This document shows, piece by piece, positions 1-12,421 of a stretch of 64,000 nt of DNA. Within the stretch, counting starts at the first letter, position 1. Every line of letters begins with the position of its first letter. A model generated the notes under the pieces. It was not told the DNA's origin and ran no database searches. It saw only the letters and a list, made by a program, of their open reading frames with translations. The position numbers were made by a program, and so were the translations under genes. Source of the DNA: Octopus vulgaris (Eukaryota). The stretch is taken from positions 24,614,001 to 24,678,000 of the forward strand of contig OX597838.1 of assembly GCA_951406725.2 (NCBI GenBank), written 5' to 3'.

Positions 1-264
1 GCACTTCTTGATGTGGCTGTCCTCATCCATACACATCACATGACCAAACTAGCACAGTCTTTCCTCTTGCACACAACATCTGATGCCTATATATTTATAT
101 ATATGGTAAAATCACCATCATCCATAAATACAGGCTTGTCTTATACAGGTGCCAGTCAGTGGCCCAGGAACAGGATTTTCTTAGGGGGTGCAAACCCAGG
201 TCAAAAACTTTTTACAAACAAGGTGGATTTTTTCCAATCTCGATATCAAAACACACACACACAT

Positions 265-474
265 ACTCCTTTGTCACTTCCATTACAGCTTTGAAAAACT
301 AACTGTTAAAATTGAACTGCACTCTTCAAAACTTGAACTAAGAATAAATACAAGGTAAAATTACTACCTGCTTTTATAGCAAGTTGATGCAGGTAGTTTA
401 TCCCGTCCCCCTCTGACTTTTAGTGCATGTTCATGCAGTTGAAAAAAGAACTGCATTATTTATGGGATAACCCA
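265..474 (-). mobile_element. 5' fragment of mariner element (TIR, 5'UTR, transposase start MEVTKE), same family as 44698-45939
   Basis: Reverse complement of the first ~200 bp of the element at 44698; ends in TIR followed by TA. Confidence 0.75.
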
Positions 475-745
475 ATATATATATAATTATGTGTGTCTGT
501 GTGCATGCACATATTCATATATGTGTGTATGTGTGTGTGTGTGTATATACATATATATATGTGTGTGTGTGTAGGTGTGTATATATATGTATATATATAT
601 GTGTGTGTGTGTGTATACATATATATATATATGTGTGTGTGTGGGTTTGTGTATATATGTATATATATGTGTGTGTATATATATATATATATATAAGAAT
701 GTGTACATGTATACATGTGCACATGCACACACACACACACACACT
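475..745. repeat. Compound (TA)n/(TG)n microsatellite
   Basis: Directly visible. Confidence 0.95.
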
Positions 746-806
746 CAATCATTTAGCCAACATTGATGTGTGTGTCTGACAATTGTGCAATGGGTTCTGT
801 ACTTAC

Positions 807-875
807 CGATGCATCAGCATCAGTTTTTGGTTGAAGAAACTCACTCTGCCTTCCATATCCCCAATGACAATGTTG
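807..875 (-). CDS. CFAP251: CFAP251/WDR66 coding exon 9 (NIVIGDMEGRVSFFNQKLMLMH); gene continues beyond window
   Basis: tgcag acceptor, gtaagt donor, phase matches exon 8; resembles vertebrate CFAP251 YIVTGDIKGNIKFYD segment. Confidence 0.85.
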
Positions 876-939
876 CTGCAAAAAGAAGGACAAGAGAGAA
901 CCTTATTTAGATGAGTGGATGTGCTTGTGTGTGGGTGTG

Positions 940-1570
940 TGGTAGAGTGAACGCTACAGAGGAGGGTGAACACTGCAGTGAGTGGTGGAACATGGTGTGG
1001 TGAACATGACAGAAGACAGTGAATACTGTAGAGGATAGTAAAACACAGTGCGGTGAACACCACAAGAGATAGTGAACATGACAGTGGGTAGTGAAATATG
1101 GTGTGGTGAACATTGCAGAGAATAGTGCACACTATAGTAGTGAACATTACAGAGAATAGTAAACACTGCAGTGAGTAACAAAACATGTCGTAGTGAACAT
1201 TGCAGAGGAATGTGAACACTTTAGTAAGTAGTGAAACATGGTGTAGTGATCATGTCAGAGGATAGTAAACACTTTAGAGGAGTGTAAACACTACAGTGAG
1301 TAGTGAGAGATGGTGTAGCAAACATTACAGACGATAGTGAACACTACAATAAGTAATGAAACCCAGTGTAGTGAACATTATAGAGGTTAGTGAACACTAC
1401 AGTAAGTTGTGAAACATGGTATTGTGAACACTACAGTGAATAGGGAAACATGGTGTGGTCGACACTGTAGACGATAATGAACATTACAGTGTGTAGTGAA
1501 ATGTGGATTGGTGAACACTGCTCAGGATAGTGAGCACACAGTAACACAGTGAATGCTGTGGTGAACACTA
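940..1570. repeat. Degenerate minisatellite of AGTGAACA(C/T)T-based subunits (about 50-55 bp higher-order unit)
   Basis: Repeated gtgaacact/gtgaacatt/gtgaaacatggtgt motifs. Confidence 0.85.
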
Positions 1571-1726
1571 TGATAGAATTAAACTTGAACATCATTTTAC
1601 TTTGCTGCAACTGTTGTTATTGTTGTTTAAGCCCTAGCTATCCCACTTTAAAGTAAACCTATGAGGAAAGGCATTTGACACAAATGCGCATCTAAACTTA
1701 ATACCTAATATCAGTGAGACAAGGCA

Positions 1727-2115
1727 TCATCATCATCATCATCGTTTAACGTCCGCTTTCCATGCTAGCATGGGTTGGACGATTTGACTGAGGGCTGGCG
1801 AACCAGATGGCTGCACCAGGCTCCAATCTGATCTGGCAGTGTTTCTACAGCTGGATGTCCTTCCTAACGCCAACCACTCCGAGAGTGTAGTGGGTGCTTT
1901 TACATGCCACCGGCACGAGGGCCAGTCAGGCAGTACTGGCAATGACCTCGCTTGAATCTTTTTACACATGCCAACGGAACAGGTGCCAATAAAGCGATGC
2001 TGGTAATGATCCTTCTCAAATGGTACCCCTTACATGCCTCCAGCACGGAAGCCAGTTAGCCACTCTGGCAACGATCACACTTGGATGGTGCTCTTAGCAC
2101 CTTACTAGCATGGGG
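1727..2115 (-). mobile_element. SINE-like retroposon with (GAT)n tail and GGTTGGCGTTAGGAAGGGCATCCAGCTG core (family C); other copies near 6125, 9695, 10003, 10560, 30070, 31921, 34738, 35725, 42630, 43590, 52207, 57224, 59760
   Basis: More than 12 similar dispersed copies, 5'-truncated, common 3' end before (GAT)n; internal cacgtaaaaagcacc subrepeats. Confidence 0.85.
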
Positions 2116-2198
2116 CCATGACTTCCACAAATTCTTTATCACCCTTGCACTTTACACCTGAGGCCTTAAGGCCAAGTAGTAAGAAATTCAATACTCAC

Positions 2199-2286
2199 TT
2201 ATACATAACGCTTAACACATTGATACCACTTGTTACAAGTTTGATGATTTTCAACGGCTTTTTGTTAGCAACATAGGTTATTTCAC
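2199..2286 (-). CDS. CFAP251: CFAP251 coding exon 8 (EITYVANKKPLKIIKLVTSGINVLSVMY)
   Basis: gccag acceptor, gtgagt donor, phases fit flanking exons. Confidence 0.85.
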
Positions 2287-2902
2287 CTGGCAGCGAAAAA
2301 GACAGAGAGAAAATCAATTTGTAACATAAATTTCTAAATTGGAACAAATCAATCTAGAGAAATCATTGCCATTTTATTATCCCAAATTCAATGTCCAGTC
2401 CAATTTCTCATACTTCCATGGGTCAGTTGGAGTTCCTTGAGGCAGATTATCTACAGCTGGATGCCCTTCCTGTCACCAACCCTCGCCTATTTCCATACAA
2501 AGTAATATTTCCCCTTGGCAAACATGTTTTCTAATGGAAGACTGGAAATGAAACAGCTTGTATGATTGTGACACTTGTCTCTACAACTATCAGACAATGT
2601 CAAGGCAATATATATTCGCATTCATACTTTGGTGTATGTTGGATGAACGGGACAGGAGCAGTTGACAGATGTTGAAGAGGATTTACTGAAAAAAAAAGTT
2701 GAAGGCCATTTTGACATTTTCAAAGAAAAAACACTCGGTCATGTTTATGTTGTCATACCAAAGGCAGGAGAGCTGCCTTATTTAAGAATTTTATTGCATG
2801 AAGTTTTAAATAGTATTTTTTCCTTTCCCATTGCACATTGACATTTTCAACTTGGAATTTCGGGTCACAGCAAATTCATCTAGTATGTACATATATATAT
2901 AC

Positions 2903-2957
<55 letters not shown>

Positions 2958-3216
2958 CATACATACATACATAATATATATATACATAATATATATATAA
3001 AATATATATAATGTACATATGTTGTGATGGTGGTGGTGGTGGTGGTGGCGGCAGGTAATAGTAGTTATTGTAGTGATTGTGGCAGCAGTGAGGATGATGA
3101 TGGTGGTGATGGTGGTGGTGATGATGATGGTGGTGGTGATGGTAGGGCTAATAAACCATAACAAAAGATCGTTAAAAACAACAACAAAAAAGATATAAAT
3201 TCAGAAGAGTGCCGAC

Positions 3217-3385
3217 CTTCAACATGCGACGGCTGTGTCTCCCAAATCACAAGATTGCCAAGAGACGTTGCTGTCAGAGCACGATTTTTCATGTATTGAA
3301 ATATCGACTGACTGTATTTCCCGACGGGGACATTGAAATCCTGGTCTGTTAAGCCTGGACAAAACCACTTTAGCTCAAGACTCCG
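3217..3385 (-). CDS. CFAP251: CFAP251 coding exon 7 (RSLELKWFCPGLTDQDFNVPVGKYSQSIFQ...GNLVIWETQPSHVE)
   Basis: ttcag acceptor, GT donor; VGKYSQSIF and GNLVIW match CFAP251 motifs. Confidence 0.88.
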
Positions 3386-3819
3386 CTGAAAAATGAAAGG
3401 AAACACATTAATTTTAGATTTATTACTGAATTTTGGTTATTTCTATATTTATTTTTCAGGGGCAGCTATGTGGTTAAGAAGTTTGCTTCTCAACCACACG
3501 GTATTGGGTTCAGTCCCACCATGTGATACCTTGGGCATTTATCTTCTACTATAGACCCAAGCTGACCAAAGCCTTGGGAGAAGATTTGGTGAATAGAAAC
3601 TAAAAGAAGCCTGTCATATAGATATACATAAAAGAATAATATATATGTCTTCTATATTTAAGAGACGAGGAATTATGTTCATTATTTATATTTGATGGAT
3701 ATTTGTTCTCATCTTGTTTGTTATTAACACAACATTTTGGCTGATATACCCTCCAGCCTTTGTCGGGTATCTTGGGGAAATTTCGAAACTGGGTTCTCAT
3801 TCTTAAGGTATTTTTCAAT

Positions 3820-3850
3820 GTTGTTGTTGTTGTTATTATTATTATTATTA

Positions 3851-3882
<32 letters not shown>

Positions 3883-4003
3883 TTATTATTATTATTATTT
3901 CATTATTATTATTATTATTATTATTATTTTATTATTATTATTATTATTTTATTATTATTATTATATTATTATTATTATTATTTTATTATTATTATTATTA
4001 TTA

Positions 4004-4084
<81 letters not shown>

Positions 4085-4106
4085 CATTATTATTATTATT
4101 ATTATT
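3820..4106. repeat. (ATT)n trinucleotide microsatellite
   Basis: Directly visible. Confidence 0.97.
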
Positions 4107-4149
4107 AATACCTTAGGAATGAGAACCCAGGTTCAAAATTTCCTCCCAA

Positions 4150-4195
4150 GACACCTGATGAAGGCTGGAGGGTATATCAGCCGAAATGTAGTGTT
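4150..4195 (+). ncRNA. Minimal type I hammerhead ribozyme motif (Penelope-type)
   Basis: gacac-CTGATGA-a-ggctg[loop]cagcc-GAAA-t-GTA-gtgtt. Confidence 0.55.
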
Positions 4196-4522
4196 AACAA
4201 CAAACAAGATGAGGACAAATATCCGTCAAATGTAAATAATGTAAACATATATGTGTGTTCTTGAGCAAGACACTTCATTTCATGTTGCTCCAGTCCACTC
4301 AGCTGGCAAGAATGAGTAGCCCTGCAAGGGACCGGTGTCCCATCCAAGTAGGGAATATATATGCCATGAAACTGGGAAACTGGCCCTTGTGGGTCAGTAT
4401 GACCCAAGAAGGTAACTTTACCAACTTTTTCTAGACTAAGATGGACCACCTCTTCCCAGAGAATTGGGTTTATAGAGGGCCAACACTCTTACCTGTAATG
4501 TTATATGAACAGTACTACTTAC

Positions 4523-4606
4523 CTCCACCAACTGATAGAATATCACATGACTCTCACTGTTGGTGACAATTTGGTTGTAATCTTCAGGATTGAAATAGAT
4601 GTAGTT
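4523..4606 (-). CDS. CFAP251: CFAP251 coding exon 6 (NYIYFNPEDYNQIVTNSESHVIFYQLVE)
   Basis: tgtag acceptor, gtaagt donor, phase 0/0; resembles NYVTFNP..ELVSNS of CFAP251. Confidence 0.88.
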
Positions 4607-5680
4607 CTACAAGAGAGAAAGAGAGACAAAAAAACAAAAAAAAAACAAGGAGAGATAAGATAATACGTGTAGATGATAATTATTTATAAGACAATAATGA
4701 TAATTATATGTAGATTAGGCGTAGGAGTGGCTGTGTGGTAAGTAGCTTGCTTACGAACCACGTAGTTTCGGGTTCAGTCCCACTGCGTGATACCTTGGGC
4801 AAGTGTCTTACATTGACACAACGTAAAAAGCACACATGCTGGAGTCCTGTAAGAAGCACTTAGGCTGGTGCCATGTAGAAGCCTCTTGTATATTTATTAA
4901 CCAAGTCTTTACCTGTTGTTAAGCTGCCAGTAAATATATTTGTTAATCAAACACACACACTCTCTCTCTCTCTCAACATATTTTTCTCTCAACAACAAAA
5001 ACCTGTTTTTTTTTTCTTGAAACAAATCTTAATTCTATCCTTCACACATTCTTTCTCTCTCACTGAATTTCTCTCTCAACAACAACAACAACCTCTCATT
5101 ATAGTGAAGGTCATTTTTTTAAAGTTTGTCTCTATGTTGAAAGACATAGAGAAATACAGATACACACACACAAACAACAAAAAGAATAATTATCTATATT
5201 ATTATATAGTGAAAGTATTTTTTAAGTCTGTGTTGCATAGTGTTGATAGACTTGCACTTAAAATTCCTGCATTTTTTATCAAAACTTGTTAGTTACAATG
5301 GTGACAACACTACTTATCTATCTATCTTTCACACACACTCTCACTATCTTACTGTATTTCTTTCTCAATTACAACTTTTTCTTCTCCCCCTTCACATATT
5401 TCTTGTGATGGACAGGCAGATGGAGATCAGTTTCTCTTTTATGATATCAGATTTATGGTTAAAATGAATTTCTTTTTCGTAATAAGCATACAAAACTAAA
5501 TCGGTATAACCAAATTTGAAAAAAACTGGAAGCTAACTGAAAAAAATATGAAGTCTGTGACAGCAGCTGAAAAGATCCAAACTAAGTAATTCACAAACCC
5601 CAAACAATATTAAAGAATTATGTAAAATGTGTTGGTCATAAAAAAAGGCCTAATCAAAGGAATGTAGAATGGTAACTTGC

Positions 5681-5761
5681 CTGTACTCCATATAGTGGTT
5701 TCAGATTTACCGAGATTAAAGGTTTTTCTCCATTTACAGTCCAGTCCCAAAGGGAAAATTC
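5681..5761 (-). CDS. CFAP251: CFAP251 coding exon 5 (EFSLWDWTVNGEKPLISVNLKPLYGVQ), GC donor
   Basis: tttag acceptor; CAG|GCAAGT donor; matches WKWT...YGVQ of CFAP251. Confidence 0.85.
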
Positions 5762-7115
5762 CTAAATCAGGAAACAAAAAAAATTAAAATTTTTCTTTCA
5801 CTCAAACAGCTGATGTCGCCCTTTTCTATTCATTAATCAATTTAATCAATCATCCATTGTCCTCTTTCTTATTTTTCGCCAATCAGCAACTTGTATTCAT
5901 TTTGCTCTTAATCATCAATTACCCAGCTTTCCTTTTCTCATTTTTCATCAATCAACTATACCTGTCACCACCTTTCTTATTTTTATCACTCATCAATCAA
6001 TCAGCACCTTTCTCATTTTCCTCAATCAGCAACATATCATCGCCTTTCTCATTTTCATCAATCAACAACATATCATCACCTTTCTTGTTTTTGTTAATCC
6101 ACCACTCATCATCTTTCTTATTTTTATGCCAGCTGCACATAAAAAGCACCATTTGAGTATGGTCGATGCCAGTACCACTTGACTGACCCCCGTGCCAGTG
6201 GCATGTAAAAAGCACCCATTACACTGTCAGAGTGGTTGGTGTTAGGAAGGGCATCCAGCTGTAGAAACCTTCCCAGATCAGATTGGAGCCTGGGGCAGCC
6301 TCCTGGCTTGCCAGTCCTCAGTCAAACCGTCCAACCTATACCAACATGGAAAATGGACGTTAAACGAGGATGATGATGATTGCAATCTTTGTCTGTGTCA
6401 AATTTTAGAATTAATTTTTTTATTTTATTCAAGATGTCTCTTATGGTAAGGTGCATCAGTTAACTGAAACACCTTATCATAAGAAACCATGATTAAACAA
6501 TATTATAATTAAAATAAGCGTGTAGCTCTCACAAGGTTGCTAGCTGTGAGTTTTGCAATGCAAAGCTGGCAAAATTTCACTGTTTTTCCATTAGGAAATG
6601 GAAAGTAAACTAAAAAATAACCAAAAGTAATCACCCTTTAAGACGACATACCAAAGTAGCACCAGAAAATCATTATCTGTTTTCCAAAATTCTCAATTCT
6701 TTATATTTTTGTCCTTGCCCTTTCAAAACCTTTTCCCTCTCCACGAGGTATGGCACATCACACATCTATTCTGAAAACTCCACTGGAAATAGATATGAGC
6801 ACCACTCTTCTTCTTAACTAAACAGTTTGCTACAAAACTATCCAGATAAACCATTAAACATGTTGGGCATGAATGGATTGATGTACGATATAGTTAAAAA
6901 AATTTTTGCCAGTTTTCAGGTAGAAAAAGCTGGAAAAATTCTTTGCTTTCCTTTTTGTACCCACCCCAAAATCTATGACCCTGAATCTATACTAGAGATC
7001 AATGAGACAATAGCAACTTTTATGATGCCAATGAACTACTCAGAAGGACCGTTAAATCTTTGTGGAAGGCCACAACTGGACACGACTGATGAACAACCAA
7101 TTCAATTTCACTTAC

Positions 7116-7221
7116 TTGATATTCACTTGCTGAGAGCGTGGCGAGGTATTTTGAGTCAGGTGTGAGAGCTATAGCTGTCATGCCATCAGCACTGGCACCA
7201 AACAGTGTTTGAATAGGAATG
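7116..7221 (-). CDS. CFAP251: CFAP251 coding exon 4 (IPIQTLFGASADGMTAIALTPDSKYLATLSASEYQ)
   Basis: ttcag acceptor, gtaagt donor; WD repeat. Confidence 0.9.
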
Positions 7222-7855
7222 CTGAAAGAGAATGACCAAGAGTTGAAGACTTCTTCCAGTAATGACAAGGCATTGAGAGGGATTTAGTAATGGTTACTGG
7301 CTTAGGCACAACACCAGTAATTTTTTAAGGGAGGGAGGGGACGTTAGTTAATACCATCAACCAGTACTTGGCTGGTACTTTCCTCTAATAATAATAATAA
7401 TAACAACAACAACAACACCACCAACACCAGCACCACCACCACTAACAACAACAACAATAATAATGGTCTCAAATTTTTCCACAATCTTGGAGGAGAGTAT
7501 GAGTCGATTATATTAACCCCAGTGTTCAACTGGTACGTAGTTTATCGACCCTGGGAGAGATGAAAAGCAAAGTCGACCTCAGCAGAATTTGAACTCAGAA
7601 CATAAAGATGGACAAAATGCCATTATGCATTTCACCCGGTGTGCTAACAACTCTGCCACCTTGCCACTTTAATAATAATGACGACGATAATAATAATAAT
7701 AATAATAATTTCTGCTATAGTGACGAAAAGGTGATGCTCCAGCATGGCCACAGTCAAATGACCGAAACAAGTAAAAGAGTAAATATTCAAATATAATTCA
7801 ATGAAAAGGAATGAAACTTTTGGTACCCACAAGAAAGAAAGAACATGGCACTTAC

Positions 7856-7959
7856 TAGGTATATGTGTCCCATATGATAACAGCACTATCCTTGCCTTTG
7901 TCTGCAGTTACAAGCCACTTCTTGTTCTGACTTACATAGATACAAATGATAGAATTTGC
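7856..7959 (-). CDS. CFAP251: CFAP251 coding exon 3 (ANSIICIYVSQNKKWLVTADKGKDSAVIIWDTYT)
   Basis: ttcag acceptor, gtaagt donor; matches [22 protein letters not shown]..VIIWD. Confidence 0.9.
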
Positions 7960-8433
7960 CTGAAAAAAACACCATCCCAAGCCAAGTGTGAAAATAAAAA
8001 GAAAAAGAAAGAAAGATAATTAATATATGTAGAGGTGTGGCTTTGTGGTAAGAAGCTTGCTTGTCAACCACATGGGTGAGGGTTCAGTCCCACTGCATGG
8101 CACCTAGGGCAAGCGCTTTCTACAATAGCCTGAGGCCAACCAAACACTTGTGAGTGGATTTGGGAGATGGAAACTGGAAGAAGCCATCATGTGTGTGTGT
8201 GTGTGTGTGCTGTGTCTTTGTGTCTGTGTTTGTCCACCACCACTTGACAACTGGTGTTGGTTTATTTATGTCCTTGTAACTTAGCAGCTCAGTAAAAGAG
8301 ACCAATAGAATAAGTACCAAGCTTAGAAATAAATTGCTGGGGGTCAATTCATCTGATTACAAACTCCTTGAGGTGGTTCCCTATCATGGCTGCACTCTCA
8401 CGACTGATACAAGTAAGAGATAAAAAATACATG

Positions 8434-8513
<80 letters not shown>

Positions 8514-8601
8514 TGCATACATACATACAAATATACATACATAATAACATACATACACACACACACACATACATACATACATACACACATACATACATAC
8601 A

Positions 8602-8632
<31 letters not shown>

Positions 8633-9218
8633 GTACATACATACATGGTGGCTGCCCCCTTGTTATCGAGTATGGCCATTGCACGAAGCTTAATCAATGT
8701 TGTTATCGTGCAATGCCAGTGCAAGAAGATTTTTTTTTAAAGTGAGGAAAGGCTGTGCACTGAGTCAATCCCACTCACTAAGCAACAGCAGCCATAATCC
8801 GAAATGAAGAACAAGTCGACATCATTGGTAACCACTGAGCCGCAGGTTTTATGACAGAGTTATCCCAGTTACCTGAATTACCTTCTCCTAGAAGGATGCC
8901 CTAACAAAGGCTAGGAGTCCTTCACTCCCAATGGTTTAACCACGCGATTGGGTATTCAGTCCGATCATTTCTATGTCCCTGCGCATGATACAGCCTTAAG
9001 ACATTTATTGGATGGCCGTTGACTCTCAAGAGTTCCTCCACCCTTTGACGGGTTTTGTTTTTCATCCTGCAGGGTGTCCAATAAACACCCTCCTCACCAA
9101 GCAAGCTTGGTGGGGTTGCCGGTTTAGTCGCCGACGACCCGACATACATACATACATACATACACACACACACATACATACATATATATTACAATGAAAC
9201 CAATGATATCCAACTTAC

Positions 9219-9365
9219 ATGACCCTGTAAGATCCACTGTTTGTTGCTTACATAATCATACATCACCGAAATGTGAGAACTGGCATAGACAACCATGGAA
9301 CGATTGTCATCCGTGAGATTCTGGACTGGAATGTTTTTGTTGTAACCAAACGACCAACTGATGTT
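9219..9365 (-). CDS. CFAP251: CFAP251 coding exon 2 (NISWSFGYNKNIPVQNL...QWILQGH)
   Basis: ttcag acceptor, gtaagt donor, 147 nt; WSFG and LQGH motifs. Confidence 0.9.
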
Positions 9366-11368
9366 CTGAAAGTAACAAGCAAGAAATATGGTTACAATGG
9401 CAATCAAGTTTCACCTAATAAAATTCAGGCCAACATGTTTTAGTGTGCAAAACATATCGGACAGTCTCTCTATAAAGGGGTGTTGAAAATTTACTGGCTT
9501 TGGACAAAAAAAAGTACAGGAGGATCAGTTAATTATGATTTTATTCAGCATATTCCCCTCTCAGATTCACACACTTATTGCAGCAATTCTTCAGCTTTCT
9601 AAGCCCTGTAAAAGAACTTAGAAGTTTGGGCCTCCAACAGAGGCCTTTCATGATACCCTTAAAGCCACACGCACACACACACACACACACACACATCATC
9701 ATCATCATCATCATCATCATCATTTAGCGTCCGTTCTCCAAGCTAGCATGGGTTGGACGGTTCGACCGGGGATCTGGGAAGCCAGAAGGCTGCACCAGGC
9801 TCCAGTCTTATCTGGCAATGTTTCTACAGCTGGATGTCCTTCCTAACGCCAACCACTCCGTGAGTGTAGTGGGAGCTTTTTACGTGCCACATGTATATAT
9901 ATATGTATGTATATATGTATGTATGTATATATGTATGTATATATGTATGTATATATATATGTATGTATATATATATGTATGTATATATGTATGTATATAT
10001 GTATCATCATCATCATCATCATCGTTTAACATCCGTTCTCCAAGCTAGCATGGGTTGGACGGTTCGACCGGGGATCTGGGAAGCCAGAAGGCTGCACCAG
10101 GCTCCGGTCTTATCTGGCAATGTTTCTACAGCTGGATGCCCTTCCTAACGCTAACCACTCCGTGAGTGTAGTGGGTGCTTTTTACGTGCCACCTGCACTG
10201 GTGCCAGGCGAGGCTGGCATCGGCCACAGTCGGATTGGTGCATTTTACGTGCCACCGGCACGGAAGCCAGTCGAGGCGGCATTTCACCTAATAAAATTCA
10301 GGCCAACATGTTTTAGTATGCAAAACATATCGGACAGTCTCTCTATGAAGGGGTGTTGAAAATTTACTGGCTTTGGACAAAAAAAAAGTACAGGAAGATC
10401 AGGTAATTATGATTTTATTCAGCATATTCCCCTCTCAGATTCACACACTTATTGCAGCAGTTTTTCAGCTTTCTAAGCCCTGTAAAAGAACTTAGAAGTT
10501 TGGGCCTCCAACAGAGGCCTTTCATGATACCCTTAAAGCCACACACACACACACATATACATCATCATCATCATTTAGCGCCCGTTTTCCATGCTAGCAT
10601 GGGTTGGACGGTTCTACTGGGGTCTGTGAAGCCAGAAGGCTACATCAGGCCCAGTCAGATCTGGCAGTGTTTCTACGGCTGGATGCCCTTCCTAACGCCA
10701 ACCACTCCATGAGTGTAGTGGGTGCTTTTTACGTGCCACCCACACAGGTGCCAGACAGACATATACGAAATAATTTTTCAAGCATTTTCTATCTGAAAAC
10801 TGTCAATTTTTTTTTTAACTATACACTCTTCCAGGTAGGGCCCTTCAGCCATTGATGTCACTGAGCCTTTCCTTCCGGTTCACCTCATCCCCACACTCGT
10901 GCAGGTTGAAACGTAAAATGCTAAAGGAAGAAACCTAGCTGCTGCTTTCAATAAATACATCAAAATCAAAACTTCTAATTTTTTTTTTTTTTTTGTTAAA
11001 AGTATTCTTTTCAACTGTCTACAAACACAGCCAAGCTGAAATAATTAATTCCAGGAGTGAATAAAAAATTCTCAAACTTGAAAGGGATGAGCCCCTTGGA
11101 TACTAACATGGGCCCCCATATATGGATTCTAGTGGCGCAGTGGCCCAATTGCCATTGGGCAAGCTGGCAACCAGGCCAGTCCACCACTATACACACACAC
11201 ACACAGGTGCATGTCACGTGTGCGAGCATCAACTTTCAAAAGATTTAATTTGAATGTCAGCCTCATCAATCGAGGGAGAAGAGATGGAGGCTGTGAATTA
11301 GTGCTACAAACATGGTTCCTCTTCCTTAGAATGAAATAAACAATTGTTTAGAAAAATTAGAACAAAAT

Positions 11369-11464
11369 AGAAGAAGAAGAAGAAGAAGAAGAAGAAGAAG
11401 AAGAAGAAGAAGAAGAAGAAGAAGAAGAAGAAGAAGAAGAAGAAGAAGAAGAAGAAGAAGAAGA
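11369..11464. repeat. (AAG)n microsatellite, about 32 units, at start of CFAP251 intron 1
   Basis: Directly visible. Confidence 0.97.
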
Positions 11465-11514
11465 AACAAAACAATAGAAACTGAAAGGAGAGAAGAGTTA
11501 AACATATACCTTAC

Positions 11515-12408
11515 CAATGCTAAATTAGGAAAAGTCTTTTTCTGGTGGTCAGATTCATCCATATATTCTGGTTTATCTTCTGGATCGTCTCCTCCAGCCC
11601 CTGGTTTTCCTGGAGGTATTGGTTTTGGTCCAGGTTCCACGCTATCTTCATCAATTGCTAGTTTCAAGTCGCTATCTTCTCTCCATAACTCGGTTTGTTC
11701 GGCTTCAATTTTATCTTCTCCCTCCAGTTTTTCTTCTGTCCCTACAGCTCCCTTCAGTTTTTCTTCTGTCCCTACAGCTCCCTCCAGTTTTTCTTCTGTC
11801 CCTACAGCTCCCTCCAGTTTTTCTTCTGTCCCTACAGCTCCCTCCAGTTTTTCTTCTGTCTCTACATCTCCTGCCAGTTCTCCTGTCCCTACAGCTCCCT
11901 CCGGTTTTTCTTCTGTCCCTACAGCTCCCTCCGGTTTTTCTTCTGTCCCTACAGCTCCCTCTGGTTTTTCTTCCGCTTCTTCATCTCCCTCACGTTTTTC
12001 CTCAATCCCTACATCTTCCGTCAATTTTTCTTCCGCTTCTTCATCTCCCTCACGTTTTTCCTCTATCCCTACATCTTCCATCAATTTTTCTTCCGCTTCT
12101 TTATCTCCCTCACGTTTTTCTTCTCCCTCTGCATCTCCCCCCAATGTTTCTTCTGCTGTTACATCTACCGCTTCTTGCTCCGGCATTTCCACGCCTCCTC
12201 CACATTCTTCCACGTCTGTGTCTTCGTTTCCTCCACCTTCTTCTTCGTCTGTTGTATACAAATTCCTTTCCCCTGTACTTAATATGTTTTCAACTTCCTC
12301 ACTTTCATCGATTCTCTCTTCATCTACCACATTTTTTATTTCTTCCGTTTCTGATTTCTCTTCTTCGTTAACTTCGTCGATCTTGTTATTGTCCGCCATT
12401 GCTGACAT
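11515..12408 (-). CDS. CFAP251: CFAP251 coding exon 1: acidic, repeat-rich N-terminus (298 codons; alternative ATG at 12399)
   Basis: Long E-rich ORF ending FPNLAL|gtaagg in phase with exon 2; acidic N-terminal extension is typical of CFAP251. Confidence 0.82.
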
Positions 12409-12421
12409 GTGAAATAACAAA

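Larger units (their letters stand above)
3674..4249. mobile_element. Inverted pair of Penelope-like terminal segments (3674-3812 and 4107-4249) flanking an (ATT)n microsatellite
   Basis: Arms of about 140 bp are reverse complements; right arm carries CTGATGA...GAAA hammerhead core typical of PLE pseudo-LTRs. Confidence 0.65.

Noticed and set aside
456-779. Many ORFs rich in YI/CV/HT/LLL (also 2806-3164, 3737-4116, 8349-8740, 30760-31412, 62612-63112)
   Set aside because: Translations of microsatellites, not genes
940-1570. CRISPR-like repeat array
   Set aside because: Degenerate tandem units without unique spacers, eukaryotic intron, no cas genes
6827-7165. 112-aa + strand ORF
   Set aside because: Non-ATG start, no recognisable motif, overlaps a CFAP251 exon in antisense
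11619-12371. 250-aa and 195-aa + strand ORFs
   Set aside because: Antisense shadows of the repetitive CFAP251 exon 1
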